Assembly (NCBI GenBank): GCA_021371805.1
Contig: JAJFVM010000166.1
Coordinates: forward strand, 1-44,713
Origin: a bacterium
GTDB lineage: Bacteria > Actinomycetota > Humimicrobiia > Humimicrobiales > Humimicrobiaceae
Direction of reading: 5' to 3'
DNA length: 44,713 bases
Every line of letters starts with the position of its first letter. Position 1 is the first letter of the stretch. Shown piece by piece: positions 36,309-44,713 of the stretch. A model generated the notes under the pieces. It searched no databases. It was not told the DNA's origin and saw only the letters and a list, made by a program, of their open reading frames with translations. The position numbers and the translations under genes are program-made.

Positions 36309-39300
36309 AATATTTCTCACAGAATATCTTATAGTCACAATAATAGCAGCTCATATAATTCCTGGGGTTAATTTCAAAATTTTCATTCTTTATATTTGAC
36401 GTTATTTTTAAAATCTTTTCCGTTATCTCATCTTTTTCATAATACCCGGAAGGTACTATTGAAAAAGGATCTTTGTCTTTTCCTAAAGAATAATATTTTA
36501 AAACTATATCCCTGTTCTCAAAATGAATATTATCTTTATCTGACAAGTTACATATTTCTGCCGCAAGTCTGTAAATCTTCAATTGCAGTTCTTCCTTAAG
36601 TTCTTTGTCGGAATATCTGCCGGAAGAAGATTTAAAATCAATAATTTCTATCGTATTTTTATCAATAATATTTATAAAATCTATCTTGCCTGTAATATCA
36701 GTATTGTTGTTTAATTCAAATGTAAATTTTTTTTCACAAAAAAATGATTTATCATTCAGGTTTTTCGGTAAATTCGTGATTATTTCAGATACAAAAAAAT
36801 TATAAAAATTGTTAAAATCCGTGATGCTGTTTTCTTTCAGTTCTTCCATATAAAAATCATATTTGAACTGGCTTTTAGCTGCATTGATTTCATCGCTTGC
36901 TATTTTTAATAAATCATCGACCTTATAATCTTTACTTTCCTCAAAAAATCTCCTTATTATTTCATGATAAACACGGCCTATAAGCATTGAATATTTTTGT
37001 TCTTCATTTCTTATCTTAAAAAAATATTCAAATTTATACCTGAAAGGACATTCACTATAAGATTCGAGCGAACTGAAAGAAAAATAGTTTTTTTGAATTT
37101 CATACGGATTTATATTATTCAAAGTTTCTTTCTTTAAATTCCACCATAAATCAGGTTTGTAAAACTTCTTTAAATAAACTAAATAACAGTCATACTTTTC
37201 CTTATCAAAATACATATTATTTTTAATCCTGTGCATTGAAACAAGAGCTTTCTTTTTTAAAAGCCACTTATTTTTCAAATATTCAAAGGGAATCCTTTCC
37301 GGAATTAATTTCTTATTTTTGCAGACAGAATTCGCCGAATCAGAAACTGCGCTTACCTCATGATTTTTGATCATTAAATCTTTGCATTTCTTTAAATCAT
37401 CGGATAATTCCTGGAAAAAAGGTGATTTTCCCTTGTATTTATTGGATGTAATATATAAATAATTTTTTGCCCTGGAAATTCCCATATTAAGAATTTTTCT
37501 TTCCTCTTCAATATGTTTTCTTTTTGCTTCTTCTTCTGCCGGAAATTGGTTTTGCTCAAACATCTGGAATATGTTCAGGTCATAAGTTTGAGGAGCAGAA
37601 AAATCGGATGGCAGATATCCTTTGTTTAAAAAAGGAATAAATACAACTTCAAAATCATAATTTTTACTTTCATAGAAGCTGATTATTCTGATACCTGCAT
37701 CACTTCGAATATCTTTTGTATTTTCTTCAATTTCTTCAATAAACTGATTATTTCTAAGGTTTTCAATATAATTCATATAATCTTTCACATTATTTTGCGG
37801 AAATTCATCTTTGCTGAAATTTTTAATACTTTCAAGGTAGTCGCTCAGGACTTTTATAAGATTTTTTTCAATCAAATCTGCTTTATCGTAATTCTTTAAT
37901 TTTTCAAAAAATCCTACTCTGCTGTCTTTTATCAAGTTTATAAAAAAATCAAAAGAATTTGAGCCGGTCTTTTTTGAAAATCTGCTTACGGAAATAACAA
38001 ATTTTTTAAGTATCCAATAACTATTAATATTAATCTTCTTAAAGCTTCTTAAGTTTTTTATCAGATAATCCCATATGTTTCTGCATGATTTTTTAGAAGA
38101 ACTCCTGATATAAGCTGTTTCAATCTCTTTGAAAAATAAGGGATCTATATTAAACAACTCTGAAAAAAGCATGTATTTAACAAATTCATCAATAAGGTCT
38201 GATGTTTTATCCTGGTTTTCTGCATTTTCTTTTTTTAATGTACTTTTGCGCAATTTGTTATAATCACTGATAAGAATGCACAATTTACAAAAATTCAGAA
38301 TTTGTTTTACGTATTTACTTCCCAGTATTGACCGGGAGTTCCTGAGATAATACACAATCTGATTTTGAGATAAAAAATTTTCAATAATATTTGTTTCAAA
38401 TTCCGACCCTTTTAAAATAATCGCCATGTCGCTTAGCTCAATATTTTTAACAAGATGAAGAAAATAAATTTTATAAAGCATGAAATTTAATTCTTCATGC
38501 AGATTGTTAAAGCTTGATATTACCGTTTCTCCGCTATCTATAGTTTTTTGAATTGATTTTGATCTTTTTTCTGTCCGGTCTTTATTTCTGCTGATAAAAT
38601 TATTTGAAAACTCGTTAATAATATAATTATTTCTAAAATTATTTTTTAAGGTAATAACATTTTCAGGGTAAAGATCATCGTAAATATTAAAATAATTGCA
38701 AATATTTGACCCCCGGAATGCGTAAACCAATTCGTCATCGTTTCCAAAAAATATTATATTTCTGTCGGATATGCTTTTTATTATTTCGTTGCATGCAAAA
38801 TTAAGCTCCTGAAAATCATCGACAATAATAAATTCGTAATTTTGCTTATAAAAGTCTGAAACGGTTTTTTTATTTTTTAATATATCTGCAGTATCTTTCA
38901 AAATTCTTCCATAATCAAAAAAATCATTTTCCTGCATTTTTTTACTATATTGAAAGTAAATACTATTTATCTCAGACATAAGTTTATTTACATAAGGTGT
39001 AAATTTGCCGGCCAGGTATTCCGGATCAAACGCATTTTCCTGGGCTCTTAAAATATAATCAAAAATTTCCTGAATTACACTGACTTTCGTAAAATCATTG
39101 CTTTTTAGCAACTTTGTTATATGAAAATAATTATCCTGGTCTAAATTGTTTAAAATCGAAGTAATCAGATCCCATTGTTGAGGAGCATTTAATAAATTTA
39201 CTTCCCCGGTTATTTTTTTAAAATATGCATTGAACTTGATTTTATTTTCCTTATCCGGATTTTTGAAATAGTTAAAATCATATTCCCTGAGACTTTCATC

Positions 39301-39597
39301 TGCTCTCGATTTGTTTATAAAATCAAGACAGAAAGAATAAAAAGTCAATATAGGGATTTCCTGCAGCGTTTTCCCCAGATTCCGGGAAATTTCTTCTCTG
39401 TAAAATTTTGAGGTTTTCCTGTTAAAAGTAAAAACTAAGATCCTGCGCGGATTTATTTTTTTTTCCGTTATAAGGTATTTGATAAACTGAATTAAAAAAT
39501 AACTCTTGCCTGTTCCGGGAGCACCTGTAATAAGGTAATTGCTATTTTTTTGAGATATTTTTTTAAAATTGCTTATATGGTTAAATTTTAAAGGCAT
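36292..39597 (-). CDS. addB: second helicase-nuclease subunit with Fe-S-type RecB nuclease, AddB/AdnA-like
   Basis: Walker A ITGAPGTGKS, FTFNRK, VDDFQELN, FGNDDELVYAFRGS, NFRNN, DFEVVFIP and GISRAKN are present. The C-terminal nuclease reads SECPFRYKFEY...GKIDFI...IDFKSS...CYYCDYKIFC. The start is moved to ATG 39597 (MPLKFNH) because the longer ORF would read through tRNA-Gly. Confidence 0.8.
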   Translation of the reverse strand: MPLKFNHISNFKKISQKNSNYLITGAPGTGKSYFLIQFIKYLITEKKINPRRILVFTFNRKTSKFYREEISRNLGKTLQEIPILTFYSFCLDFINKSRADESLREYDFNYFKNPDKENKIKFNAYFKKITGEVNLLNAPQQWDLITSILNNLDQDNYFHITKLLKSNDFTKVSVIQEIFDYILRAQENAFDPEYLAGKFTPYVNKLMSEINSIYFQYSKKMQENDFFDYGRILKDTADILKNKKTVSDFYKQNYEFIIVDDFQELNFACNEIIKSISDRNIIFFGNDDELVYAFRGSNICNYFNIYDDLYPENVITLKNNFRNNYIINEFSNNFISRNKDRTEKRSKSIQKTIDSGETVISSFNNLHEELNFMLYKIYFLHLVKNIELSDMAIILKGSEFETNIIENFLSQNQIVYYLRNSRSILGSKYVKQILNFCKLCILISDYNKLRKSTLKKENAENQDKTSDLIDEFVKYMLFSELFNIDPLFFKEIETAYIRSSSKKSCRNIWDYLIKNLRSFKKININSYWILKKFVISVSRFSKKTGSNSFDFFINLIKDSRVGFFEKLKNYDKADLIEKNLIKVLSDYLESIKNFSKDEFPQNNVKDYMNYIENLRNNQFIEEIEENTKDIRSDAGIRIISFYESKNYDFEVVFIPFLNKGYLPSDFSAPQTYDLNIFQMFEQNQFPAEEEAKRKHIEEERKILNMGISRAKNYLYITSNKYKGKSPFFQELSDDLKKCKDLMIKNHEVSAVSDSANSVCKNKKLIPERIPFEYLKNKWLLKKKALVSMHRIKNNMYFDKEKYDCYLVYLKKFYKPDLWWNLKKETLNNINPYEIQKNYFSFSSLESYSECPFRYKFEYFFKIRNEEQKYSMLIGRVYHEIIRRFFEESKDYKVDDLLKIASDEINAAKSQFKYDFYMEELKENSITDFNNFYNFFVSEIITNLPKNLNDKSFFCEKKFTFELNNNTDITGKIDFINIIDKNTIEIIDFKSSSGRYSDKELKEELQLKIYRLAAEICNLSDKDNIHFENRDIVLKYYSLGKDKDPFSIVPSGYYEKDEITEKILKITSNIKNENFEINPRNYMSCYYCDYKIFCEKYYGNQI

Positions 39598-39628
39598 TAT
39601 TTTATAAAAAATAAGGAAATCCTGCCTT

Positions 39629-39702
39629 TGGAGCGGACTACGGGAATCGAACCCGCCCTTTGAGCTTGGGAAGCTCATGTACTACCACTGTACTAAGTCC
39701 GC
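39629..39702 (-). tRNA. tRNA-Gly (anticodon CCC), CCA encoded
   Basis: The minus strand reads GCGGACTTAGTACAGTGGTAGTACATGAGCTTCCCAAGCTCAAAGGGCGGGTTCGATTCCCGTAGTCCGCTCCA. It has a 7-bp acceptor stem, anticodon loop TTCCCAA, T-loop TTCGATT and discriminator U. Confidence 0.93.
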
Positions 39703-39730
39703 TTCTTTAAAAAAATTCAAGTCACAGTGA

Positions 39731-40450
39731 TTATTTTTTTAGATCCGGATCAGTTTCAGAATTATTATTTATTTCCTTATTTATATCGCTAGAATTATTT
39801 ATATATTCAGAGTTTTGAAGATGCTCTTTCCCGTTATTTAATGTGCTGCCTGTTTTTTCATCGGCAGCAGTATCAACCTTTTTAACTTCATTTTTTTGAA
39901 TAACTGCACTTGCAGGTTCATATTGGATATTTGTAAGGTTTACAATAGTTAAATTGGTTTTATAAACTTTTATTCCAAGCTTGCTTACAGCAAAATTTGT
40001 AGCATTTTTTATTATTTCCTGCATTTTCTCAGGTACATTGCAATCGGAGCAGATTTTTGCAAAAACATTTAAAATAACTCCATTGGATTTAGGCAAAACT
40101 TTAACCACGATATCTGCTGCTCCGCTTATTTTACTTATGCTTTCCTTAATCTGATTTGCTACCGAATCCAAAGTAATCATTGCCGTACCTTCTCTTACCG
40201 CTGCAACAACAGTACTCTTTGGTTTTCTTCTGTAAAATTCGAGAATAAAAAGAAAAATACAAATTATTATTACCAGCAATAAAATCAGAGCAGATATGTA
40301 AGGATTCATCTGGCTGTCAGGTTTAAACAATTTTGATACAATATCTGACCAATTAAATACTTTTACAAAAGAATTAAATATCCCTACTACTGATACACAA
40401 ATAATACCTATCAAAATCAGAATAATTATTATCTTATTAAAAACATTCAT
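39731..40450 (-). CDS. membrane-anchored Asp23/Gls24-related protein (AmaP-like alkaline-shock membrane anchor)
   Basis: Two N-terminal TM helices are followed by an Asp23-like block (GTAMITLDSVANQIKESISKISGAADIVVKV...VILNVFAKI...NVPEKMQEIIKNATNFAVSKLGIKV) and an Asn/Ser-rich tail. The call is made by pattern only. Confidence 0.5.
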   Translation of the reverse strand: MNVFNKIIIILILIGIICVSVVGIFNSFVKVFNWSDIVSKLFKPDSQMNPYISALILLLVIIICIFLFILEFYRRKPKSTVVAAVREGTAMITLDSVANQIKESISKISGAADIVVKVLPKSNGVILNVFAKICSDCNVPEKMQEIIKNATNFAVSKLGIKVYKTNLTIVNLTNIQYEPASAVIQKNEVKKVDTAADEKTGSTLNNGKEHLQNSEYINNSSDINKEINNNSETDPDLKK

Positions 40451-40605
40451 GTCACACCTTTTAAAGTTTTTAGTTATTTTAAATTAAAAATCTTATTTAG
40501 GTTATTATAATTAAATTTAAAAGTCAACAAAGGCATCTTATTGTTCAATATAAAAAAAACATTTATAATTTTTTAGTCAAGTATTTTAAAAAGGGTAAAA
40601 TCTTT

Positions 40606-41484
40606 ATGAATAATACAATATTAATATTAAATCCTGTAGCAGCACAAGGAAAAACCATTCTTGAGAAAGAAAAAATAGAGGCAGAATTAAAGAAGAATAA
40701 TATAAGCTATCAGATACATATTTCAAAAAGTGCGCAGGATATTGAGGAAACCACAAAAAAATATATTAATCTGGGCTATAAAAATTTTATCGGTGCAGGC
40801 GGAGACGGAACACTGCATTATATAGCTAAAAATCTTGCCGGAACTGACTGCAATCTCGGTATAATCCCTATGGGTTCAGGAAATGATATTATTAAAACTC
40901 TGGGAATAAAGCAAAAACTTGAAGAAAACATAAGAATTATCAAACAAGGCAGAACATGTAGAATAGATCTTGGTCTTTACAACAATAAGGAATATTACAT
41001 CGGTGTTGCAGGTTGTGGTTTTGACTCGGAAGTCACCAGGTTTGCTAATGAAACAAAACTGCCTCTTAAGGGAAAGTCCAGATATAGTTTTGCTGTTTAT
41101 AAAACATTAATTACATATAAGCCAAAAGTTTTCAAACTTCAATATGGGGAAATTGAAAGAAATATAAATATAATGATGATGGTTGTTTCAAATCTGAAAT
41201 ATTATGGCGGCGGTATGAAAATAACTCCGGATGCTGATGCCATTGACGGCAAATTTGACATATGCATAATCAAGGCAATGCCGAAAATGACTTTTATTAA
41301 ATGTTTTCCAAAAGTTTATGAGGGTACACATCTTGATATACCCTATGTGGAAACTTTCAAAATAAATGAAATAAATATTTCATGTGATTATAAACTAAAT
41401 GTTTACGGAGACGGCGAATATATAGGAAAATTGCCCGCCAATTTTAAGATAATATCAGGAATGCTGAATTTATTTATACCGTAA
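40606..41484 (+). CDS. diacylglycerol kinase-family lipid kinase (YegS/DagK/BmrU type)
   Basis: ILNPVAAQGK, GAGGDGTLHYIA, LGIIPMGSGNDI and GCGFDSEV are present. Confidence 0.85.
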   Translation: MNNTILILNPVAAQGKTILEKEKIEAELKKNNISYQIHISKSAQDIEETTKKYINLGYKNFIGAGGDGTLHYIAKNLAGTDCNLGIIPMGSGNDIIKTLGIKQKLEENIRIIKQGRTCRIDLGLYNNKEYYIGVAGCGFDSEVTRFANETKLPLKGKSRYSFAVYKTLITYKPKVFKLQYGEIERNINIMMMVVSNLKYYGGGMKITPDADAIDGKFDICIIKAMPKMTFIKCFPKVYEGTHLDIPYVETFKINEINISCDYKLNVYGDGEYIGKLPANFKIISGMLNLFIP

Positions 41485-41500
41485 TTAATATGGAAATTCT

Positions 41501-42679
41501 TTATTTCTGAAATCTTACCCAAGTCCCATTTTTTATAATAAAAACGGTAGATTGAGGGCTCTTAAGATTGCCATTTGAATCAAATTCTATATGTCCGGTA
41601 ACACCTTCATATGCCATATCTCTTAACACATCTATATAATCTTCCGGCTGTACGGAATTCGCCTTTTTCATTGCCTCTATTAAAATATAAAAAGCATCAT
41701 AAGCATAGGGTGCAAACTGACCCGGTTCTTTAATCTCAATTCCTTTAATCTGAGGAACCATATCTTTGAATTTTCTCCAGAATTCCACAGCTTTAGGATC
41801 CTCTGAAAACATTGCAAGCGAAGGCGGTTCCGGGACAACGGCAATCAATCCTTCAAGAGCTTTAGCATCCGCTAATTGAGTTATACCTTCATCCATCCCT
41901 AATTTTTCGGTTAAAAAGTTTGCAGAGACTCCAGCTTCTCTTGCTGCACTTATTACCTTTGCGAGGATATCATACTCTCCGCAAAAGAAAATTAAATCGC
42001 AATCATCAATCAAAAGATTTTCAGCCAGAAGTTTATAATCCTCTGTTTCAGGTTTTACTGTGTATTTTTTAAAAATATTTATTTCCTGACTTGAGACACT
42101 TTCAAGAGTTTTTTCAAGATAGTCAACAAAATTAAGCTCATATTCAGAATCAGTATTGATAATGGCTATTTTTTCAGGTTTATATTCACTTATAATAAAT
42201 CCGGCAACATTTTCAACGACCTGATTATTGTTGATAATTAATCTGAAAAAATTTGACCCGGTTTTATTCAAGTCAACCCCGGAAGCAGAGGGTGATACCA
42301 TGGGAATATTGAATTCCTGATAAATAGGCAGAGCAGCCTTAGTCGTAGCATTAAATGATGAACCTATGACACCTGAGATATTTTCCTGAACCATTTCCTG
42401 TGATACCAGATATGATTTTTCAGCATTTCCTTCGTCATCCTTTGAAACCACACTTATCTTATAATCAAATCCTCCTATCCTGACAGGTGCAAGTTCTTTT
42501 GCGGCAAGATTCATACTTACAAGCTGCTCCTGCCCATAATACTTATAATCGCCGGATAAAACACTCTGGCTTCCGACTTTAATTATTCTTTCTCTTTGTG
42601 AACAGCCTGTGATCTCGAAACTTATTAAAAGTAAAACAACAAAGATAATATATATTGAAAATAAAATATTTTTTTTCAT
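41501..42679 (-). CDS. ABC-transporter substrate-binding lipoprotein, Leu/Ile/Val-binding (Peripla_BP_6) type
   Basis: The type I periplasmic binding fold pattern is present (IKVGSQSVLSGDYKYYGQ..., VSKDDEGNAEKS, VIGSSFNATT). The lipobox is ITGC. GGAG lies 9 nt upstream of ATG 42679 (MKKNILF), which is favoured over the longest-ORF start at 42694. Confidence 0.75.
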   Translation of the reverse strand: MKKNILFSIYIIFVVLLLISFEITGCSQRERIIKVGSQSVLSGDYKYYGQEQLVSMNLAAKELAPVRIGGFDYKISVVSKDDEGNAEKSYLVSQEMVQENISGVIGSSFNATTKAALPIYQEFNIPMVSPSASGVDLNKTGSNFFRLIINNNQVVENVAGFIISEYKPEKIAIINTDSEYELNFVDYLEKTLESVSSQEINIFKKYTVKPETEDYKLLAENLLIDDCDLIFFCGEYDILAKVISAAREAGVSANFLTEKLGMDEGITQLADAKALEGLIAVVPEPPSLAMFSEDPKAVEFWRKFKDMVPQIKGIEIKEPGQFAPYAYDAFYILIEAMKKANSVQPEDYIDVLRDMAYEGVTGHIEFDSNGNLKSPQSTVFIIKNGTWVRFQK

Positions 42680-42999
42680 AACCGATTTCTCCATAATAAT
42701 AAATTAAAGAAAAATTAACTTAAGTACCGCAAACTCTTAATTCAAAACTTAGCTGATTATACCAAAAAATAGATTTTTTATAATTATTTTTAAATTAAAA
42801 GTATGTTAAAATAAAAAACATACAGTATTTTCATTATCAGAAAATAAAAGCACAAGAAACTCTTTTAATTTTTCAAAGTCTAAAATATCAGGTAAAATGT
42901 ATTTTAATAATATTCGGTTATTTTTAAATAAACTTATTGTTCAAATAGATCAGGCTGTAATTAAAATTAACATAAATAAATATGGTCATGGAGGGAAAA

Positions 43000-43845
43000 A
43001 TGCCAGTAGCAATAGTTACCGATAGTTCTTCAGATATACCTAAAGATATTTGCGAAAAATACAATGTTACAGTTGTTCCACTATATGTAATATTCGGAAA
43101 TGAAACTTACAGGGATAATGAAAAAGATATAACATTAAAAGAATTTTATAATAAAATCAAGGTAAGCCCTGTAATGCCCACCACGTCACAACCTACTCCG
43201 GGTGATTTTCTGGAAACCTACAAGGAACTTTTAAAATCACATGACAGTATCATTAACATTTTAATCTCAAAAAAAATGTCAGGAACAATTGTTTCGGCAG
43301 AGCTTGCAGCCAAAGAATTAAGTGGTGCAGACATAACGGTAATAGATTCTGAAAAAGTCCACATGCCATGCGGTTTTATAGCTGTAAGAGCCGCAGAATT
43401 AGCTTCCCAAGGAAAGTCAAAGGAAGAAATAATGAAAGCTGTTAAAGAATATAAAGAAAAAGTAACGGTATTATTTATTCCAAGCACCCTTGAATATTTA
43501 AAGAGAGGCGGCAGGATCGGAAGAGCAAAAGCCTTGCTTGCTTCCCTGCTTGAAATAAAGCCGATTCTGACTTTGCATGATGGTGAAGTATCGCCATATA
43601 AAAATACCAGGCGCTGGGAACAAGGCAGACAGGAAATCATTAATTTAATGGAGTCCATGATAAAGAATCCTTCAAATCTTCATGTTTTTGTAGGAGACTC
43701 GGATATGAAAGATGAGGGTGACAAGTTTGCGGCAAAAATTAAAGAAAAATTCAGCCCAAAGGAATTTATAAGAGGTGACATCGGCTGTATAGTAGGTTCA
43801 CATCTTGGTCCAGGAGCTTTAGCCGCCACTTTTTATGAAGACTGA
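43000..43845 (+). CDS. DegV-family fatty-acid-binding protein
   Basis: VAIVTDSSSDIP, TSQPTPGDF, SGT, LKRGGRIG and VGSHLGPGA are DegV motifs. GGAGGG lies 4 nt upstream of ATG 43000, while the longest ORF begins at 42982. Confidence 0.88.
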   Translation: MPVAIVTDSSSDIPKDICEKYNVTVVPLYVIFGNETYRDNEKDITLKEFYNKIKVSPVMPTTSQPTPGDFLETYKELLKSHDSIINILISKKMSGTIVSAELAAKELSGADITVIDSEKVHMPCGFIAVRAAELASQGKSKEEIMKAVKEYKEKVTVLFIPSTLEYLKRGGRIGRAKALLASLLEIKPILTLHDGEVSPYKNTRRWEQGRQEIINLMESMIKNPSNLHVFVGDSDMKDEGDKFAAKIKEKFSPKEFIRGDIGCIVGSHLGPGALAATFYED

Positions 43846-44446
43846 TATAAATCCGGATTTTGAAAAAAAAATAATCAGAAAAAGGATACAAAAAGAAAGA
43901 GACAACCTTTCTGCTGCAGAACATGCAACTAAGAGTCAACTGATTGCCGAAAAGCTTATCGATTTATCTGAATATAAAGAAGCAAAAACAATATTTATAT
44001 TTTATCCATTCAGAAGTGAAGTTGATACAAGAATTATAATCAAGGATGCATTAATAAAAGGCAAAAAAATTGTTTTGCCGAAAATTATCAATAGCGAAAT
44101 GAAAACTTTTTATATTTCCGATTTGGATAAGGATTTAAAAAAAGGCAGTTTAGGAATTTCAGAACCTGAAGAATCAATATGCAAAGAAGCAAAATTAGAG
44201 AATATAGATCTTGTAATAGTTCCGGGTATTTGTTTCGACTTAAATTTTAACCGCATTGGTTATGGCGGAGGATTTTATGATAAGATATCTCCTGAACTTA
44301 AAAAAAACATAAAAAAAATTGCACTTTCGTTTGATTTGCAGATAATTAGTAAAGTTCCTTTTTGTTCTCATGATAAAAAGGTTGATGTAATCATTACCGA
44401 ATCTGAAATATACAGGAATTTTAAAGCTGATGAAAAACGAGATTAA
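43835..44446 (+). CDS. 5-formyltetrahydrofolate cyclo-ligase
   Basis: KKIIRKRI...R..LS, LPKI, DLVIVPGICFD..FNRIGYGGGFYD and HD..VD are MTHFS motifs. The gene overlaps degV by 11 nt. Confidence 0.85.
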   Translation: MKTDINPDFEKKIIRKRIQKERDNLSAAEHATKSQLIAEKLIDLSEYKEAKTIFIFYPFRSEVDTRIIIKDALIKGKKIVLPKIINSEMKTFYISDLDKDLKKGSLGISEPEESICKEAKLENIDLVIVPGICFDLNFNRIGYGGGFYDKISPELKKNIKKIALSFDLQIISKVPFCSHDKKVDVIITESEIYRNFKADEKRD

Positions 44447-44713
44447 TAAAACTGATTTGTCAAAAATAGCTATATTGATACCTTCATATAACGAATGCAA
44501 ATATATTGAGGGTGTAATAAAAAAGTGTTTAGACTATAATCTTGACATAATAGTAGTTAACGATGGTTCCACCGATAACACTGTTGAAGTCCTTCAGAAA
44601 TTGAATTCAAACTGTGCCGGCAAACTGACAGTTATTAATCATGATATTAATCAGGGAAAAGGTGAAGCTTTAAAAACAGGATTTAATTATATAGTTCATA
44701 AAAATTATTCCGG
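44430..44713 (+). CDS. family 2 glycosyltransferase, N-terminal part (runs off the right edge)
   Basis: Hand translation from ATG 44430 gives MKNEINKTDLSKIAILIPSYNECKYIEGVIKKCL...IIVVNDGSTDNT...NQGKGEALKTGF, the classic GT-A/GT2 N-terminal region. It overlaps the preceding gene by 17 nt. Confidence 0.8.
   Translation, partial: MKNEINKTDLSKIAILIPSYNECKYIEGVIKKCLDYNLDIIVVNDGSTDNTVEVLQKLNSNCAGKLTVINHDINQGKGEALKTGFNYIVHKNYS

Noticed and set aside
39598-39678. N-terminal 27 codons of the 1128-aa ORF (MSFPSSKGGFDSRSPLQRQDFLIFYKI)
   Set aside because: This stretch reads straight through tRNA-Gly(CCC) at 39629-39702 on the same strand. The helicase-nuclease gene should start at ATG 39597.
43218-43658. 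146-aa antisense ORF inside degV. Similar long antisense ORFs occur at 20881-21264, 19685-20029, 20393-20719, 36055-36399 and 3966-4289.
   Set aside because: Each lies wholly inside, and antisense to, a gene with strong family motifs. They have Ser/Leu/Ile/Phe-rich low-complexity compositions typical of shadow frames in AT-rich DNA.
1-44713. CRISPR arrays, transposases/IS ends, integrases, prophage genes, toxin-antitoxin pairs and known defence systems
   Set aside because: Reading both strands, I saw no direct-repeat/spacer periodicity, no terminal inverted repeats flanking a transposase-like ORF, no recombinase motifs and no clustered nuclease/ATPase genes of defence type. The only helicase-nuclease pair has the hallmarks of housekeeping AddAB/AdnAB.

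Overview
AT-rich (roughly 30% GC by eye) bacterial chromosomal segment, made up almost entirely of core metabolism and genome-maintenance genes. Every gene from 1 to about 31.5 kb is on the minus strand. Minus-strand genes, listed left to right by coordinate: a partial unknown gene, a stand-alone BMC-H shell gene, then tRNA-Leu(CAA) on the plus strand. Next come pfkA and a histidine operon (transcribed hisZ-hisG-hisB-hisH-hisA-hisF-hisIE, with pfkA 28 nt behind it), then dnaE. A long branched-chain amino acid (BCAA) cluster follows, transcribed ilvD-ilvB-ilvN-serA-like-leuA-leuC-leuD-leuB-cimA-larB. After that come a secreted trypsin-like protease with a cytoplasmic zinc-ribbon tail and a LysE-family transporter plus bshC-bshB-bshA (bacillithiol). 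The right-hand part holds ilvE (plus strand, behind a structured leader), a two-subunit helicase-nuclease pair (AddAB/AdnAB-like) preceded by tRNA-Gly(CCC), and an AmaP/Asp23-like membrane protein. It ends with a DagK-family lipid kinase, a solitary Leu/Ile/Val-type binding lipoprotein, DegV, 5-formyl-THF cyclo-ligase and a partial GT2 glycosyltransferase. I found no CRISPR array, transposase, integrase, phage genes or recognisable defence island. This looks like an ordinary housekeeping region, not an accessory island. The points worth a second look are regulatory and architectural. (1) An unclassified promoter-to-terminator leader RNA sits ahead of ilvE. (2) A 40-codon Ile/Leu/Val-rich mini-ORF sits ahead of ilvD. 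(3) The BCAA cluster lacks ilvC and ilvA, carries both leuA and cimA, has a SerA-like dehydrogenase with an apparent catalytic Arg-to-Lys change where ilvC usually sits, and ends in larB. (4) A LysE-family exporter is fused into a contiguous bshCBA operon. (5) A 40-codon relic of a GspE/PilB ATPase C-terminus abuts the dnaE start. (6) The BMC shell gene is an orphan. All family calls come from reading motifs by eye. No searches were run.
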